From contig OZ024740.1 in NCBI GenBank assembly GCA_964016885.1, positions 442,432,001 to 442,496,000 of the forward strand: 64,000 bases of DNA, read 5' to 3'. The stretch is from Eledone cirrhosa (lineage: Eukaryota). This document shows positions 1 through 18,249 of the stretch, piece after piece. A program made the position numbers and the translations under genes. Positions within the stretch are counted from its first letter, which is position 1, and each line of letters starts with the position of its first letter. A model generated the notes under the pieces. That model saw nothing but the letters and a program-made list of their open reading frames with translations, was not told the DNA's origin and searched no databases.

Positions 1-1362
<1,362 letters not shown>

Positions 1363-3357
1363 TAACTTTGAATAACTTTGAAATGTTTTGGCCAGTATTG
1401 GCCCAGGCCATGTCTAACTTAATAGCACCACCTGGCGAAGTCTTTCAATTCAGGATTTGGGCACCATGGCCCATTCGAGAAGAGAATTACTGTTTGCGGA
1501 GACATATCCGGGTGTGGGTGGTTTGTCCGGGATTACTTGGAGCAATTTGTCCAAATACTTCTTGAATTTTGTGTGGTCAGTTTCTGTTTTGACGTGTCCT
1601 GGTGTGATGTTGAAGAGAGCAGGGCCGATTGAGGTGAAATAATTGTGCCGTATTGTTGTTATGAGTTGCGATTTAGATTTTTGAATGGGACGGATAGCAC
1701 GGGGCCCAAGCCTTGGGTGTATCTTGAAGGCGATGCCAACATCATTTGGGCAGTGATGATGGAACATTTTCCACATCATGCAGATAATATAACGCTCACG
1801 GCGACGTTGGAGTGAGTAAAGTTTCAGGTTTTCCAATCGACCCCAGTAGTCAAGGTCTGACATGCCATCTATCTTTTTCGTGATTGCCCTTTGAGGAGCT
1901 TCAAGTTTCATGATACTTTGTTTCGTGTGGGGAGACCACAGTGGACAACAGTATTCAAGGTGTGGTCGGGCGAAAGTAGAGAAGAGAAGGATAATGGTGC
2001 GGGAATCTCTCGACTGGAAGGTTCTGAGGATCCAGGAACACATTCTGCGGGCCATGTCAACTTTGCTGCTTATATGAGTGGTCCAGCTTATGTTGCTGTC
2101 CACGGTTACTCCCAAGTCTCTGATGTTGTTAGATGCCACGAGAGTTTCCCCGGAGGGAAGGGAGTACGGGAGTTTCAGAGCATCCTCTTTTCCAAAGTGG
2201 ATCAGTTCGAATTTGTCTTCGTTCAGTAACATGTTGTTCTTTTCTGCCCATTGGGTAACAGCCAGTAGGTCTGACTGAAGGCTTATCCGGTCATCCACGC
2301 CATTGATGACCTTTTGGAGCTTGGAATCATCAGCGAAAATTTTAATGTTGCTGTGTTTGATGATGTCAGTGATGTCATTAATATAGATGATGAAGAGAAG
2401 TGGGCCCAACACAGTGCCTTGTGGGACTCCACTACTGACTTTGGCTGGGCTTGATTTGACTCCCTCAACTACAACATGTTGGGTTCTGTTTGACAGGAAG
2501 CTCTTGATCCACTGCAGCAGCTTTCCAGTGACACCAATATTGGACAGCTTTCTCAGTAGAATGTTATGATCAACCCTATCAAAGGCCTTGCTGAAATCAA
2601 GGTAGATAACATCAGTGTTGGAACCCTCTCCCAAGGCTCTCAAAATGTCATCAAAGTGATGCAGTAGTTGCGTCAGGCAATCCCTTCCATTACGGAATCC
2701 ATGCTGGTTGGAGTTCAGCATATTGTTACTCTCAAGGAAGTGGGTCATTCGCGATCTCACCACTCGCTCAAATACCTTAATGATATGAGAGGTGAGTGAG
2801 ATTGGACGGTAATTCACGGCAAGGGATTTGTTTCCCTTTTTGAAAACTGGGACAACAGACTGGGATAGAAGGTTTTCTGGCACATATCCAGCATCCAGTG
2901 AGTTCCGCCACAGATTGGCAAGAGGAGAAGCAAGTTGGTGTTGACACGCCTTCAAGACACGAGCAGGGAACCTATCGGGACCTACTGCTGAATTATGCTT
3001 GATTTCCTTTATTGCCGCCAAGACATCAGGGGCGCCAAACGTTATGTCCGATAAGGTGTAATGGGGAGTAACATCGCCGATACAGCCCAGATCGGCCATA
3101 TCAGGATTGCTGAAAACAGAGCAGTATTGTTTCTGCAGTATCTCACCCATGGTTTTAGCATTGTCTTGAAGAGTGCCATTTTCATCAATTAGAGGGCCAA
3201 CAGTAGAGCCAGTGATTTTGTGTTTTTTTGCAAATGAAAAGAACACTTTGGGATTGAGTTTGATCTTCTCAATGGCCCAGGCCTCTTCAGCTCTTCTCTG
3301 ATTGTTGAAGAGGGACATTATGTTGTTTTGGAGGTTATGTTTTTTTTGTTTTTTTTA

Positions 3358-3358
<1 letters not shown>
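1363..3358 (-). mobile_element. 5'-truncated CR1-like non-LTR retrotransposon embedded in (TA)n
   Basis: RT ORF, short 3' UTR and a (TTCAAAGTTA)x2 tail abutting (TA)n; no endonuclease domain present. Confidence 0.9.
1450..3318 (-). CDS. LINE ORF2 reverse transcriptase (CR1-like), N-terminally truncated but uninterrupted for 622 aa
   Basis: Motifs [62 protein letters not shown]. Confidence 0.9.
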   Translation of the reverse strand: MSLFNNQRRAEEAWAIEKIKLNPKVFFSFAKKHKITGSTVGPLIDENGTLQDNAKTMGEILQKQYCSVFSNPDMADLGCIGDVTPHYTLSDITFGAPDVLAAIKEIKHNSAVGPDRFPARVLKACQHQLASPLANLWRNSLDAGYVPENLLSQSVVPVFKKGNKSLAVNYRPISLTSHIIKVFERVVRSRMTHFLESNNMLNSNQHGFRNGRDCLTQLLHHFDDILRALGEGSNTDVIYLDFSKAFDRVDHNILLRKLSNIGVTGKLLQWIKSFLSNRTQHVVVEGVKSSPAKVSSGVPQGTVLGPLLFIIYINDITDIIKHSNIKIFADDSKLQKVINGVDDRISLQSDLLAVTQWAEKNNMLLNEDKFELIHFGKEDALKLPYSLPSGETLVASNNIRDLGVTVDSNISWTTHISSKVDMARRMCSWILRTFQSRDSRTIILLFSTFARPHLEYCCPLWSPHTKQSIMKLEAPQRAITKKIDGMSDLDYWGRLENLKLYSLQRRRERYIICMMWKMFHHHCPNDVGIAFKIHPRLGPRAIRPIQKSKSQLITTIRHNYFTSIGPALFNITPGHVKTETDHTKFKKYLDKLLQVIPDKPPTPGYVSANSNSLLEWAMVPKS

Positions 3359-3900
<542 letters not shown>

Positions 3901-4233
3901 GTATAGTCCCGTCTTCCACATCTAGAATAAGGAGCAGGTATTGCAATAGCCTGGGATTCAAGGGCCCTCAACTCTTCAACAGGCTGCCGAGGCATCTGCG
4001 AGACTTGCATGACGTGGAGGTGGATGTCTTTAAGAAACATCTCGACACCTTGTTATCCAGGATCCCGGATGAGCCCACAGCAAGACACGAGGGAAACCTA
4101 AGGGCAGCAGCAACAAACTCCCTCCTACACCAGTGGCCAACCTATACAGGCTGGAGATAAAATGTGTAGCAACAAGGGCGGTGCCCCAGCATGGCCTCAG
4201 CCTGATGGCTGAAACAGGTAAAAGAGTAAAAGA
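3901..4233 (+). mobile_element. 3' end of a second CR1-like LINE (ORF2 C-terminus, 3' UTR, (GTAAAAGA)x2 tail)
   Basis: Translates to [19 protein letters not shown]...[17 protein letters not shown]...[10 protein letters not shown], homologous to the C-terminus of the 1450-3318 ORF (GPALFN...[16 protein letters not shown]...SNSLLEW). Confidence 0.82.
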
Positions 4234-5164
<931 letters not shown>

Positions 5165-5325
5165 AAATTTCAGGTTATCAATAATGTAGTGATAATATAT
5201 CGTTACGTTAGAGATGAACAGCGTACGTGCAGGTTTGCTCAACGAGTATAAATGATATTCCGGAGAAATGTAGAAAGGATGAATATAAAATGAAAGTGCT
5301 TTTGTTAAAAAAGGAATTTATTAGG

Positions 5326-5443
5326 TATTGACATATGTTTCTGTAACAGACCGAATACCTATGTATCGCTGCTTGCGTAATCATATAATGTTAGCAAGTA
5401 TTCGATAGCAAATGTATAATCAGTTGTCACTTCTTCAGAGATT
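5326..5443 (-). ncRNA. Type I hammerhead ribozyme with long stem II; stem I degenerate
   Basis: CTGAAGA-a-gtgaca...tgttac-a-GAAA-CATATG-TC on the minus strand. Confidence 0.65.
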
Positions 5444-5911
5444 TTGGATAAACTGGATAAAATCAGAAAAATTGAAGTATTTATATTAGTAAAAGAGGAA
5501 GGAACAGAGGGGATAGAATATGACAGATGGTAAAATAATTTACTGCTAAACAAGTATATAATGGGTTTTTAATGAGAATACCATGAGTAAATCTAAATAA
5601 GAATTTTGGGAGTGCCAATTTTAATCTCTACTTGACCAACTGGACAGTGGACAGGGCTGGTCATTTGGTGCAGTAGTATTAATTATAAAGTGTCAATTGG
5701 GGAAGGGGGAGATTTCGATTGCTACTAAATAACATCAATGCTAGTAGTCAGCTGGTATTTGCACTAGGGAATTGAATCAAGAAATCAGAAATCTCATTTT
5801 ATCTATAGCAGTTTGTATTAAAAGGTAAATAATAGAAGAGTTGATAGAATTAAGACTAATAAAGAATGTTCATATCTATTTTGACAATCAAACGGGTATA
5901 GAGACAGGCGT

Positions 5912-7464
<1,553 letters not shown>

Positions 7465-7472
7465 GTATATAT

Positions 7473-7552
7473 GAAAAAATGGGGAGAAGAATACTGCTGG
7501 TTGCACATGGATAACATGTAATAAATAAGTCCCTCATCAGTGATTTGCCGAC
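7473..7552 (-). repeat. Short fragment of a dispersed structured repeat (related to 27855-28292 and 39162-39570) within (TA)n
   Basis: Shares gaagaatactgc..tggttgca and gtcc(c/t)tc(a/g)tcagtg with the other copies. Confidence 0.7.
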
Positions 7553-7706
<154 letters not shown>

Positions 7707-7707
7707 G

Positions 7708-7833
<126 letters not shown>

Positions 7834-7853
7834 TATATATACATGTATATATA

Positions 7854-7951
<98 letters not shown>

Positions 7952-8159
7952 CATATATATATGTAGATAAATCTACCAAGAGTTTACGGTAGTGTCCAAT
8001 CCGTATGAAGAACTCAATGTAATCCGGATATCATGGAAAGAAGAGATGCAATGAAAAATCACTTTCGGTGAAAGATAAACGGAATACAGAGTCAAGATAA
8101 AATATTAAAAAAATAATGAATAAAACAATGAAACAGTTCCTTATATTAAACAAAAAAAG

Positions 8160-8314
8160 TTCATTATTTAACGATCGTTTCTAGGATATATATGTGTTAG
8201 AATTGGCATGCATATTCAACAAATCTATGTACAAAATTATACAAAATTATACAAACTATCAAAATTAAATATACATACCAAACACATATATATGCCGTCT
8301 TCAGAAATAATGAA
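8160..8314 (-). ncRNA. Type I hammerhead ribozyme with extended stem II
   Basis: Near-identical reverse complement of 9929-10083. Confidence 0.8.
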
Positions 8315-8549
8315 ATATATTTATTGATAATAACAACAATTCAAAATTTCAGGTCTGTTTGGGAACAGAGTTCAAATTGACCAATGAAAATACAAAAAGT
8401 TTATACAGTTAGGTGTGTGTATATACATGTAAGTAACTTCGTTCACAGATATGCATAAAGATATATGTTCACATGCATACGCATGCCAAAAAGATGTATG
8501 TAAATACAAAAATTCAAGGCCAATATATATATATATATATATGTATATG

Positions 8550-8593
<44 letters not shown>

Positions 8594-8682
8594 GTGTGTG
8601 TGTGTATATATATCTTTATATATGTGTATGTGTATGTGTGTATGTGTGTGTGTGTATATATGTATGTGTGTGTATGTGTATG

Positions 8683-8719
<37 letters not shown>

Positions 8720-8824
8720 ATGTGTGTGTATGTATATATATATATATATATATATTTATATGTGGGCATGTATGTGTATGTGTGTATATATATGAGTGTG
8801 TTTATATATATGTGTGTAGATGTG

Positions 8825-8875
<51 letters not shown>

Positions 8876-9230
8876 ATATATATACGTGTGTTGTGAATGT
8901 ATATATATATATATATACGTGTATGTGTATATATATATAAATATATATATATATGTGTGTATATGTGTATATGTCTATGTGTTTATATGTGTATATGTAT
9001 GTGTCTCTATATGTATGCGTGTGTGTATGTGTATGTGTATTTATATGGTATGTGTATGTATATGTATGTGTATGTATGTGTTTGTGTATATGTGTATGTA
9101 TATGTATGTATATGTATGTGTGTGTATGTGTGTGTATATATATATATATGTATATGTATGTATATCGATGTATATTTTATATTTTACTTGTTTAGATGTA
9201 TATATGTATGTGTGTGTATATGTATATATG

Positions 9231-9271
<41 letters not shown>

Positions 9272-9272
9272 G

Positions 9273-9331
<59 letters not shown>

Positions 9332-9928
9332 TTTTTCTTGATATATTTCTTTTTTCTTTTTCTTTTCTTTTTATTTCTAAGTTTATAGATACATTTATAA
9401 ATAGGCAGTCTGCTGACACCGTTGAATACTGACCTCTCCCCCCCCCCCTAATTTCTGTATCTGGATCTAAATATGTGTGGCAGTGTTTATGTGCGTGCAT
9501 TAATGTCCATATGCTTATGATAATAGTATATACACATATATATGTGTGTGGGGGTGTATGTGTGTATGTATGTTCGTGGTTATGTGTATGTTTATGCGTA
9601 TGCGCGCGTGTGTGTGTGAATGTACGAATATGTGTGAGTATATGAATGTGTGTATATATTTATTTTATATTTATGTGTGTATACGCATTTTATCTGTAGA
9701 TTATAAACTTACAGAGACATTAGCCTTGAATTTTTGTATTTACATACATCTTTTTGGCATGCGTATGCATGTGAACATATATCTTTATGCATATCTGTGA
9801 ACGAAGTTACTTACATGTATATACACACACCTAACTGTATAAACTTTTTGTATTTTCATTGGTCAATTTGAACTCTGTTCCCAAACAGACCTGAAATTTT
9901 GAATTGTTGTTATTATCAATAAATATAT

Positions 9929-10083
9929 TTCATTATTTCTGAAGACGGCATATATATGTGTTTGGTATGTATATTTAATTTTGATAGTTTGTATAATTTT
10001 GTATAATTTTGTACATAGATCTGTTGAATATGCAAGCCAATTCTAACACATATATATCCTAGAAACGATCGTTAAATAATGAA
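9929..10083 (+). ncRNA. Type I hammerhead ribozyme with extended stem II
   Basis: Stem I ttcattattt/aaataatgaa (10 bp); CTGAAGA; stem II base atatatatgtgtt/aacacatatatat; GAAA-CGATCG-TT. Confidence 0.82.
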
Positions 10084-10143
10084 CTTTTTTTGTTTAATAT
10101 AAGGAACTGTTTCATTGTTTTATTCATTATTTTTTAAATATTT

Positions 10144-12100
<1,957 letters not shown>

Positions 12101-12107
12101 TCGGTGG

Positions 12108-12154
<47 letters not shown>

Positions 12155-12158
<4 letters not shown>

Positions 12159-12911
12159 TATGGATACGTGTCTCATTCAAGAATACTGATATTTTCAATA
12201 TAGTGCCTGGTTTTTATACATATTACTACTTCTACATTAAAACATAGGGTTTTTATGCCTCGCCTATGTCTGGTTACTTTTCATTTTTCTCTCTATATAA
12301 CAGCTGGTTTCTCTCCTAACCACATATATCTCCCTTACATTAATACTAGAGCTAAATAAATAAATAAATAAATAAATGTATCATTGATACGTTTACTCAA
12401 CGGATGTCCAACTACATATTTTTCTATATATATATCTATCTCTATCTATTTCCTCTCTCTATATATATCTCTCTCTCTGTTTCTTTACATGAAGTTCTTC
12501 TCTTTATCTATCTTTTATCTATCTTTCCATCTCTCTATTTTGTTCCATGCATTTCTTCTTTTTCTTCTTTTTCTTCGTTTTCTGTCTTTCTTTCCTTTTT
12601 TCTCTCTTTCTTTCTCTCTGTTTACAATTTTTTCACTGCCAATTCAACTTTTCAAATACAAGTCGATGTTGTACGGTATGTCAAATCTATTTATATATAA
12701 AACTGTTTATATTGTATTTTGTCTGAGGAGGGCATAGCATATTGTTAATATGATATCCCTGAAATATATATAATGAAATAAATATGGTTTTATAAATATA
12801 GTTTCCATTTATTTAATATCGTAAATATACTCCAAATACTTGTCGAGTGCTTTTATATCAGTTATTAATATTTACTAGTTGTAACCCAACACTTTAAATA
12901 TAACTTTCCAT
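12155..12911 (+). repeat. 5' pseudo-LTR
   Basis: Direct repeat of 15972-16726 (acattatggatacg...aactttccat). Confidence 0.92.
12715..12780 (+). ncRNA. Type I hammerhead ribozyme in the 5' pLTR
   Basis: tattttgt-CTGAGGA-ggg...ccct-GAAA-TATATA-TA-atgaaata. Confidence 0.8.
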
Positions 12912-12958
12912 GTATCTTGCTCCAATACTGTTGAGCGCTTTATATTATAACTGAAAAA

Positions 12959-15172
12959 ATGGAATTCTTTAAGATTACTTCCTCTTTAAAAGACATACCT
13001 CTACCTAGAAACAAAGACTTTATAAAACAATTAATAGATAAATCTGACTCTTTTATAAGGAGAATCAGGTGGCGAGCATTCCACTTTGATAAATCTAATA
13101 TAAATGAAAATGTCTCGGACTTAAACAAAGTTTTCAAATCTAAAAGAAATCCACCCCCTAACAAACTTTTATCTGACTTTGAAAACGATATAATTTCTAT
13201 CATACAAGGGGTCAAATTCAAGAGAAACTTCAAAGGCCAAGAATATCTGAAAGCCATTAAGGATAATATTGAGAGCTTAGAGAAAACTGAGAAGATCTTG
13301 GTGAAATCTGACAAGACCAACAACCTCTATGGAGTGCAGAAAGACATGTATAATGGCCTCATACTGAAGGAACTGAGGAAAAAGTACAAGGTAGCAGATA
13401 AGGCCGAGCTTGAGAAAATGAATGTCGAAGCATCTTGTATAATGCACGAGTTGGAAATTGAGAACAGAACGCAACCTTTCGTGCCCAGGAAACCGAAGAT
13501 CAATATGAAAGATCACAAGAGGAATTTTGAAAATGACTTGCCAGTTAGATTGATCGCACCATCAAAATCGGACCTGGGCAAATTAAACAAAAACATTCTT
13601 GACAGGGTGATACAGCAAATTAAGAACTTGGATTGTTTATCTAACCTGAGCTTGTGGAAGGGAACTGGAGAGGTTGTTGAGTGGTTTAAGCAAATTAAAT
13701 ATAACAATAATAATAAGTTTATTCAACTTGATATTGCTAACTATTATTCTTCTATTACCCCTAATCTACTAAATAAGGCACTAAATTACGCATTCAAACA
13801 TACAGACCTAACTAGCAATGAAATGCATATTATATTATCGGCTAGGAAAACATTGATAGAATTTAATGACCAACTATGGACCAGAGCAGATAGAGATAGC
13901 AATTTTGACATTACTATGGGATCATCCGACTCAGCTCAGGTAACTGACCTTGTGGGCTTATTTTTAATCAATTCGCTACATAGGAAAATACCTGGTACTA
14001 CCGGAGGTTTATATAGAGATGACATGCTTTTACTTATTGATAATAATAACTCTGAACTAAATAGAAAATGTAAACAAATTACACAATTTTTTAATTACTT
14101 TAATCTTAAAATAGAAATTGAGAACAACCATAGAATAGTCAATTTCCTAGATATAACATTAAATCTCAACACATGTCTGCACTATCCTTTTCACAAGTTG
14201 AATGAAAACTTAAACTATTTCAGCTTTAACTCTAACCACCCCAGATCTGTCAAAAACACTATAGTAAACTCTGTTCAAAAACGTATCTCTAGAATCTCGT
14301 CTAATAGAAAGATTTTCGACGAAAAAGCCCAGTACTACAATGAAGCGTTAGCTAGAGCAGGATATACTGATAAGATTATGTACATAGATAATGATGGACA
14401 AACTAAACAAAATAACAACTATTTTAATTACGGCAACAACCTTAACAACTATAATAGAAAGCATTACAATAATTCCAAGGGCCAAAAAAGAAATAGAACT
14501 AGGAACATAATTTGGTTTGCCCCCCCTTTCTCACTAAACATTAAAACCCACATCGCTAAACTATTTTTTAAAGCTCTTGATAATCGCTTCCCTAGAACAC
14601 ATAGGTATCACTCAATTTTCAATAGACATACTATAAAATTAACCTACTCATCCACCAAAAATTTAGCTCAAAATATTAATAGAATAAATAATAGGAACTT
14701 AAAACCTAGTGATAATAGCATAAATAATATACAAGTTAACAAATGTAACTGTAGAGATAGATCTAAATGTCCGTTAAATAACAACTGCTTAGTTAAAAAT
14801 ATAGTATACAATTGTAATGTTAAAACTGATTCTAATTCTTTTAACTACGTCGGTTCCACATCGACGGAATTTAAACTTCGCTATAATAACCACAAGAATT
14901 CTTTCACAGATCCAAGCAAAAAATCTTCAACGGCACTATCAGGCGTACTCTGGCAACTTAAGCTAGATAACGTTAGATATTCGACGGCTTGGAATATAGT
15001 CTCAAGAGGGATTCCTTTTAATTCATCCTCTGAGACATGTGACCTCTGCGCAGAGGAGATATTCTTTATACTAAAATCTAAAAATTCCCTTAATCTACGG
15101 ACAAATTTATTCAGTTGCTGCAGACATAGATTAAACTCAACTTTTAAATATAAATTTAAATTTAAAATGTAG
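12959..15172 (+). CDS. Naiad PLE polyprotein: reverse transcriptase + CxCx5C linker + GIY-YIG endonuclease (737 aa)
   Basis: SLKDIP, RIRWRA, SDKT, QLDIANYY, TMGS, GLYRDD, VNFLDITL, CNCRDRSKCPLNNNCL, IVYNC...YVGST...FKLRYNNH, CDLCAEE, CCRH. Confidence 0.93.
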   Translation: MEFFKITSSLKDIPLPRNKDFIKQLIDKSDSFIRRIRWRAFHFDKSNINENVSDLNKVFKSKRNPPPNKLLSDFENDIISIIQGVKFKRNFKGQEYLKAIKDNIESLEKTEKILVKSDKTNNLYGVQKDMYNGLILKELRKKYKVADKAELEKMNVEASCIMHELEIENRTQPFVPRKPKINMKDHKRNFENDLPVRLIAPSKSDLGKLNKNILDRVIQQIKNLDCLSNLSLWKGTGEVVEWFKQIKYNNNNKFIQLDIANYYSSITPNLLNKALNYAFKHTDLTSNEMHIILSARKTLIEFNDQLWTRADRDSNFDITMGSSDSAQVTDLVGLFLINSLHRKIPGTTGGLYRDDMLLLIDNNNSELNRKCKQITQFFNYFNLKIEIENNHRIVNFLDITLNLNTCLHYPFHKLNENLNYFSFNSNHPRSVKNTIVNSVQKRISRISSNRKIFDEKAQYYNEALARAGYTDKIMYIDNDGQTKQNNNYFNYGNNLNNYNRKHYNNSKGQKRNRTRNIIWFAPPFSLNIKTHIAKLFFKALDNRFPRTHRYHSIFNRHTIKLTYSSTKNLAQNINRINNRNLKPSDNSINNIQVNKCNCRDRSKCPLNNNCLVKNIVYNCNVKTDSNSFNYVGSTSTEFKLRYNNHKNSFTDPSKKSSTALSGVLWQLKLDNVRYSTAWNIVSRGIPFNSSSETCDLCAEEIFFILKSKNSLNLRTNLFSCCRHRLNSTFKYKFKFKM

Positions 15173-15627
15173 TATATTTAGTTTGATTTATAATTATTTG
15201 GGAAACTAGCCGATAAATCTTTCGATTTCTTCTTTTTATTCTTCTTTTTATTTTTATTTTTATTTAAACATTCTTCATGAAAAATTAAACTACCCTAAAA
15301 GTTGATGCTCCAAATATTTCGAATAAACGTTACACTAGATAAACTTCTATATTAAATATAAGAACACATGTAGACCAAATGGGCATCCTAAACTTTTTGA
15401 AATGATTTTTGCTAGATGCGATTTGATAAATAATTTTTAGCTTTATCTGTTTTCGACTCTGATGCTTATAATGAACTTGGCAATATATTGTCAATTAATT
15501 TTGAAGGGTTGATCTTTGTGGTTTATTTTTATTATTGTAGTATTTTCTAATATTTTTATTTTTAATATGTAATATTTTTAATATGTAATATTTTTTCGTA
15601 ATATTTTTTAGTTTTCTATTTTATTAT

Positions 15628-15660
<33 letters not shown>

Positions 15661-15971
15661 GTTGTTTTTGGTTTTTGTTTCTGATATATATATATATTTT
15701 TTTTATTAATATACTGAAATCTGCTCTCTATTTCTGCTTGATGGATAATCTTGTAGAGTAAAGACAAGAATAGTAGTAATATAGACTCTCTATATATATA
15801 TGTATATATATACACATATGTGTATACTTAAATTTTTATAGCCCAATGAGAATGTTTTCCGTGTGAACTTAGGTTTTGCAGAGTTGATCATGTAAATTCA
15901 CATCGATGTTTGTAGTTATCATATAAACATATGAATTTTTTAAAACTAAACATAAGATCATTACTTTTCAC

Positions 15972-16722
15972 ACATTATGGATACGTGTCTCATTCAAGAA
16001 TACTGATATTTTCAATATAGTGCCTGGTTTTTATACATATTAATACTTCTACATTAAAACATAGGGTTTTTATGCCTCGCCTATGTCTGGTTACTTTTCA
16101 TTTTTCTCTCTATATAACAGCTGGTTTCTCTCCTAACCACATATATCTCCCTTACATTAATACTAGAGCTAAATAAATAAATAAATAAATAAATGTATCA
16201 TTGATACGTTTACTCAACGGATGTCCAACTACATATTTTTCTATATATATATCTATCTCTATCTATTTCCTCTCTCTATATATATCTCTCTCTGTTTCTT
16301 TACATGAAGTTCTTCTCTTTATCTATCTTTTATCTATCTTTCCATCTCTCTATTTTGTTCCATGCATTTCTTCTTTTTCTTCTTTTTCTTCGTTTTCTGT
16401 CTTTCTTTCCTTTTTTCTCTCTTTCTTTCTCTCTGTTTACAATTTTTTCACTGCCAATTCAACTTTTCAAATACAAGTCGATGTTGTACGGTATGTCAAA
16501 TCTATTTATATATAAAACTGTTTATATTGTATTTTGTCTGAGGAAGGCATAGCATATTGTTAATATGATATCCCTGAAATATATATAATGAAATAAATAT
16601 GGTTTTATAAATATAGTTTCCATTTATTTAATATCGTAAATATACTCCAAATACTTGTCGAGTGCTTTTATATCAGTTATTAATATTTACTAGTTGTAAC
16701 CCAACAATTTAAATATAACTTT

Positions 16723-16726
<4 letters not shown>
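15972..16726 (+). repeat. 3' pseudo-LTR
   Basis: Direct repeat of 12155-12911. Confidence 0.92.
16530..16595 (+). ncRNA. Type I hammerhead ribozyme in the 3' pLTR
   Basis: As 12715-12780, with one G>A just after CTGAGGA. Confidence 0.78.
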
Positions 16727-17100
<374 letters not shown>

Positions 17101-17139
17101 AGAAAGATTTGAATGGATACAGTTTAGTTGAAAGGAATT

Positions 17140-17254
17140 TATTGACACGTGTTTCTATAACAGTTACATAACCTAAAACAGCTATCTACAAACTTTTAGT
17201 TATGCAGACATTCAATATTTCAATGTTATTATTTACTGTCATTTCATCAGAATA
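17140..17254 (-). ncRNA. Type I hammerhead ribozyme with long stem II
   Basis: tatt-CTGATGA-a-atgacagt...actgttat-a-GAAA-CACGTG-TC-aata. Confidence 0.78.
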
Positions 17255-17841
17255 ATATTACTGAGGACCTATTTAGTTTTTATAGAGAATATTAGGAGGG
17301 AGGGGTGAAGTTGTTAGAAGAATAGTTGAAGGAGTGGTTTTTCGATAGCAGTGAGAATTCTTGGTGGCAGTGAGTAATTAGATTCCCATCTGTTGTTTTG
17401 ACATTTTTTATAGAATATATTATTGGTTATTTTTCTAAATCTATAGAAGGATTAGAGATAGTAAAGATATGCGTGGTTGGTTTTGTGTTTGCACTTAATT
17501 AACATTCAGACTTAAATTTTTCTTTCAAGTGTACGTATCCTTTCACCCACGCATTCACACACAAATATATTTGCACACCTCTACAAAATACATATACTCA
17601 CAATTCACATATTCATACTTACATATATATACACATGCATACACATATATATACACACATGTATTCATATACATACATACGCGCTCATGTGTATACATTT
17701 TCATACTCAACTTATCTTTATATACACACGTATAGACACACTCATATATACATACATACTCTAGTCCATGTGTACACACATACACATACTTACACATCCA
17801 TATACACATATATACATACATATATATATATATATACATAC

Positions 17842-17928
<87 letters not shown>

Positions 17929-18249
17929 CATATATACATACACATACATATACACATATATACATACATATATATATATAAGCACTTTAATACATGAATA
18001 CACTTACATCTAACTATACACATCAAACATATATATATATTTACTTATTTATATACATTTTCACATATATATACATACTTATGGACGTTTTTAGACACAT
18101 TCATTATCGCATATTTGTACCTATTCTCATCAGCATATCTTTTCATTATTAGTATGGTAATTTAAGGTTATTAATATATGTTGAGAAGAGATTGTTTTTA
18201 TATTTTTCTAACTAGATTAAGGTTTATATAGTTGGGGGATGTCCCTCTT

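Larger units (their letters stand above)
12155..16726 (+). mobile_element. Full-length Naiad-type Penelope-like retroelement (pLTR-ORF-pLTR) in (TA)n
   Basis: Intact ORF between near-identical direct repeats that each contain an HHR; (TA)n on both sides. Confidence 0.92.

Noticed and set aside
12959-15172. Selenoprotein-type Naiad with UGA recoding and a SECIS
   Set aside because: No in-frame TGA; the disruptions in the other Naiad copies are a TAG and a frameshift; no SECIS recognised by eye
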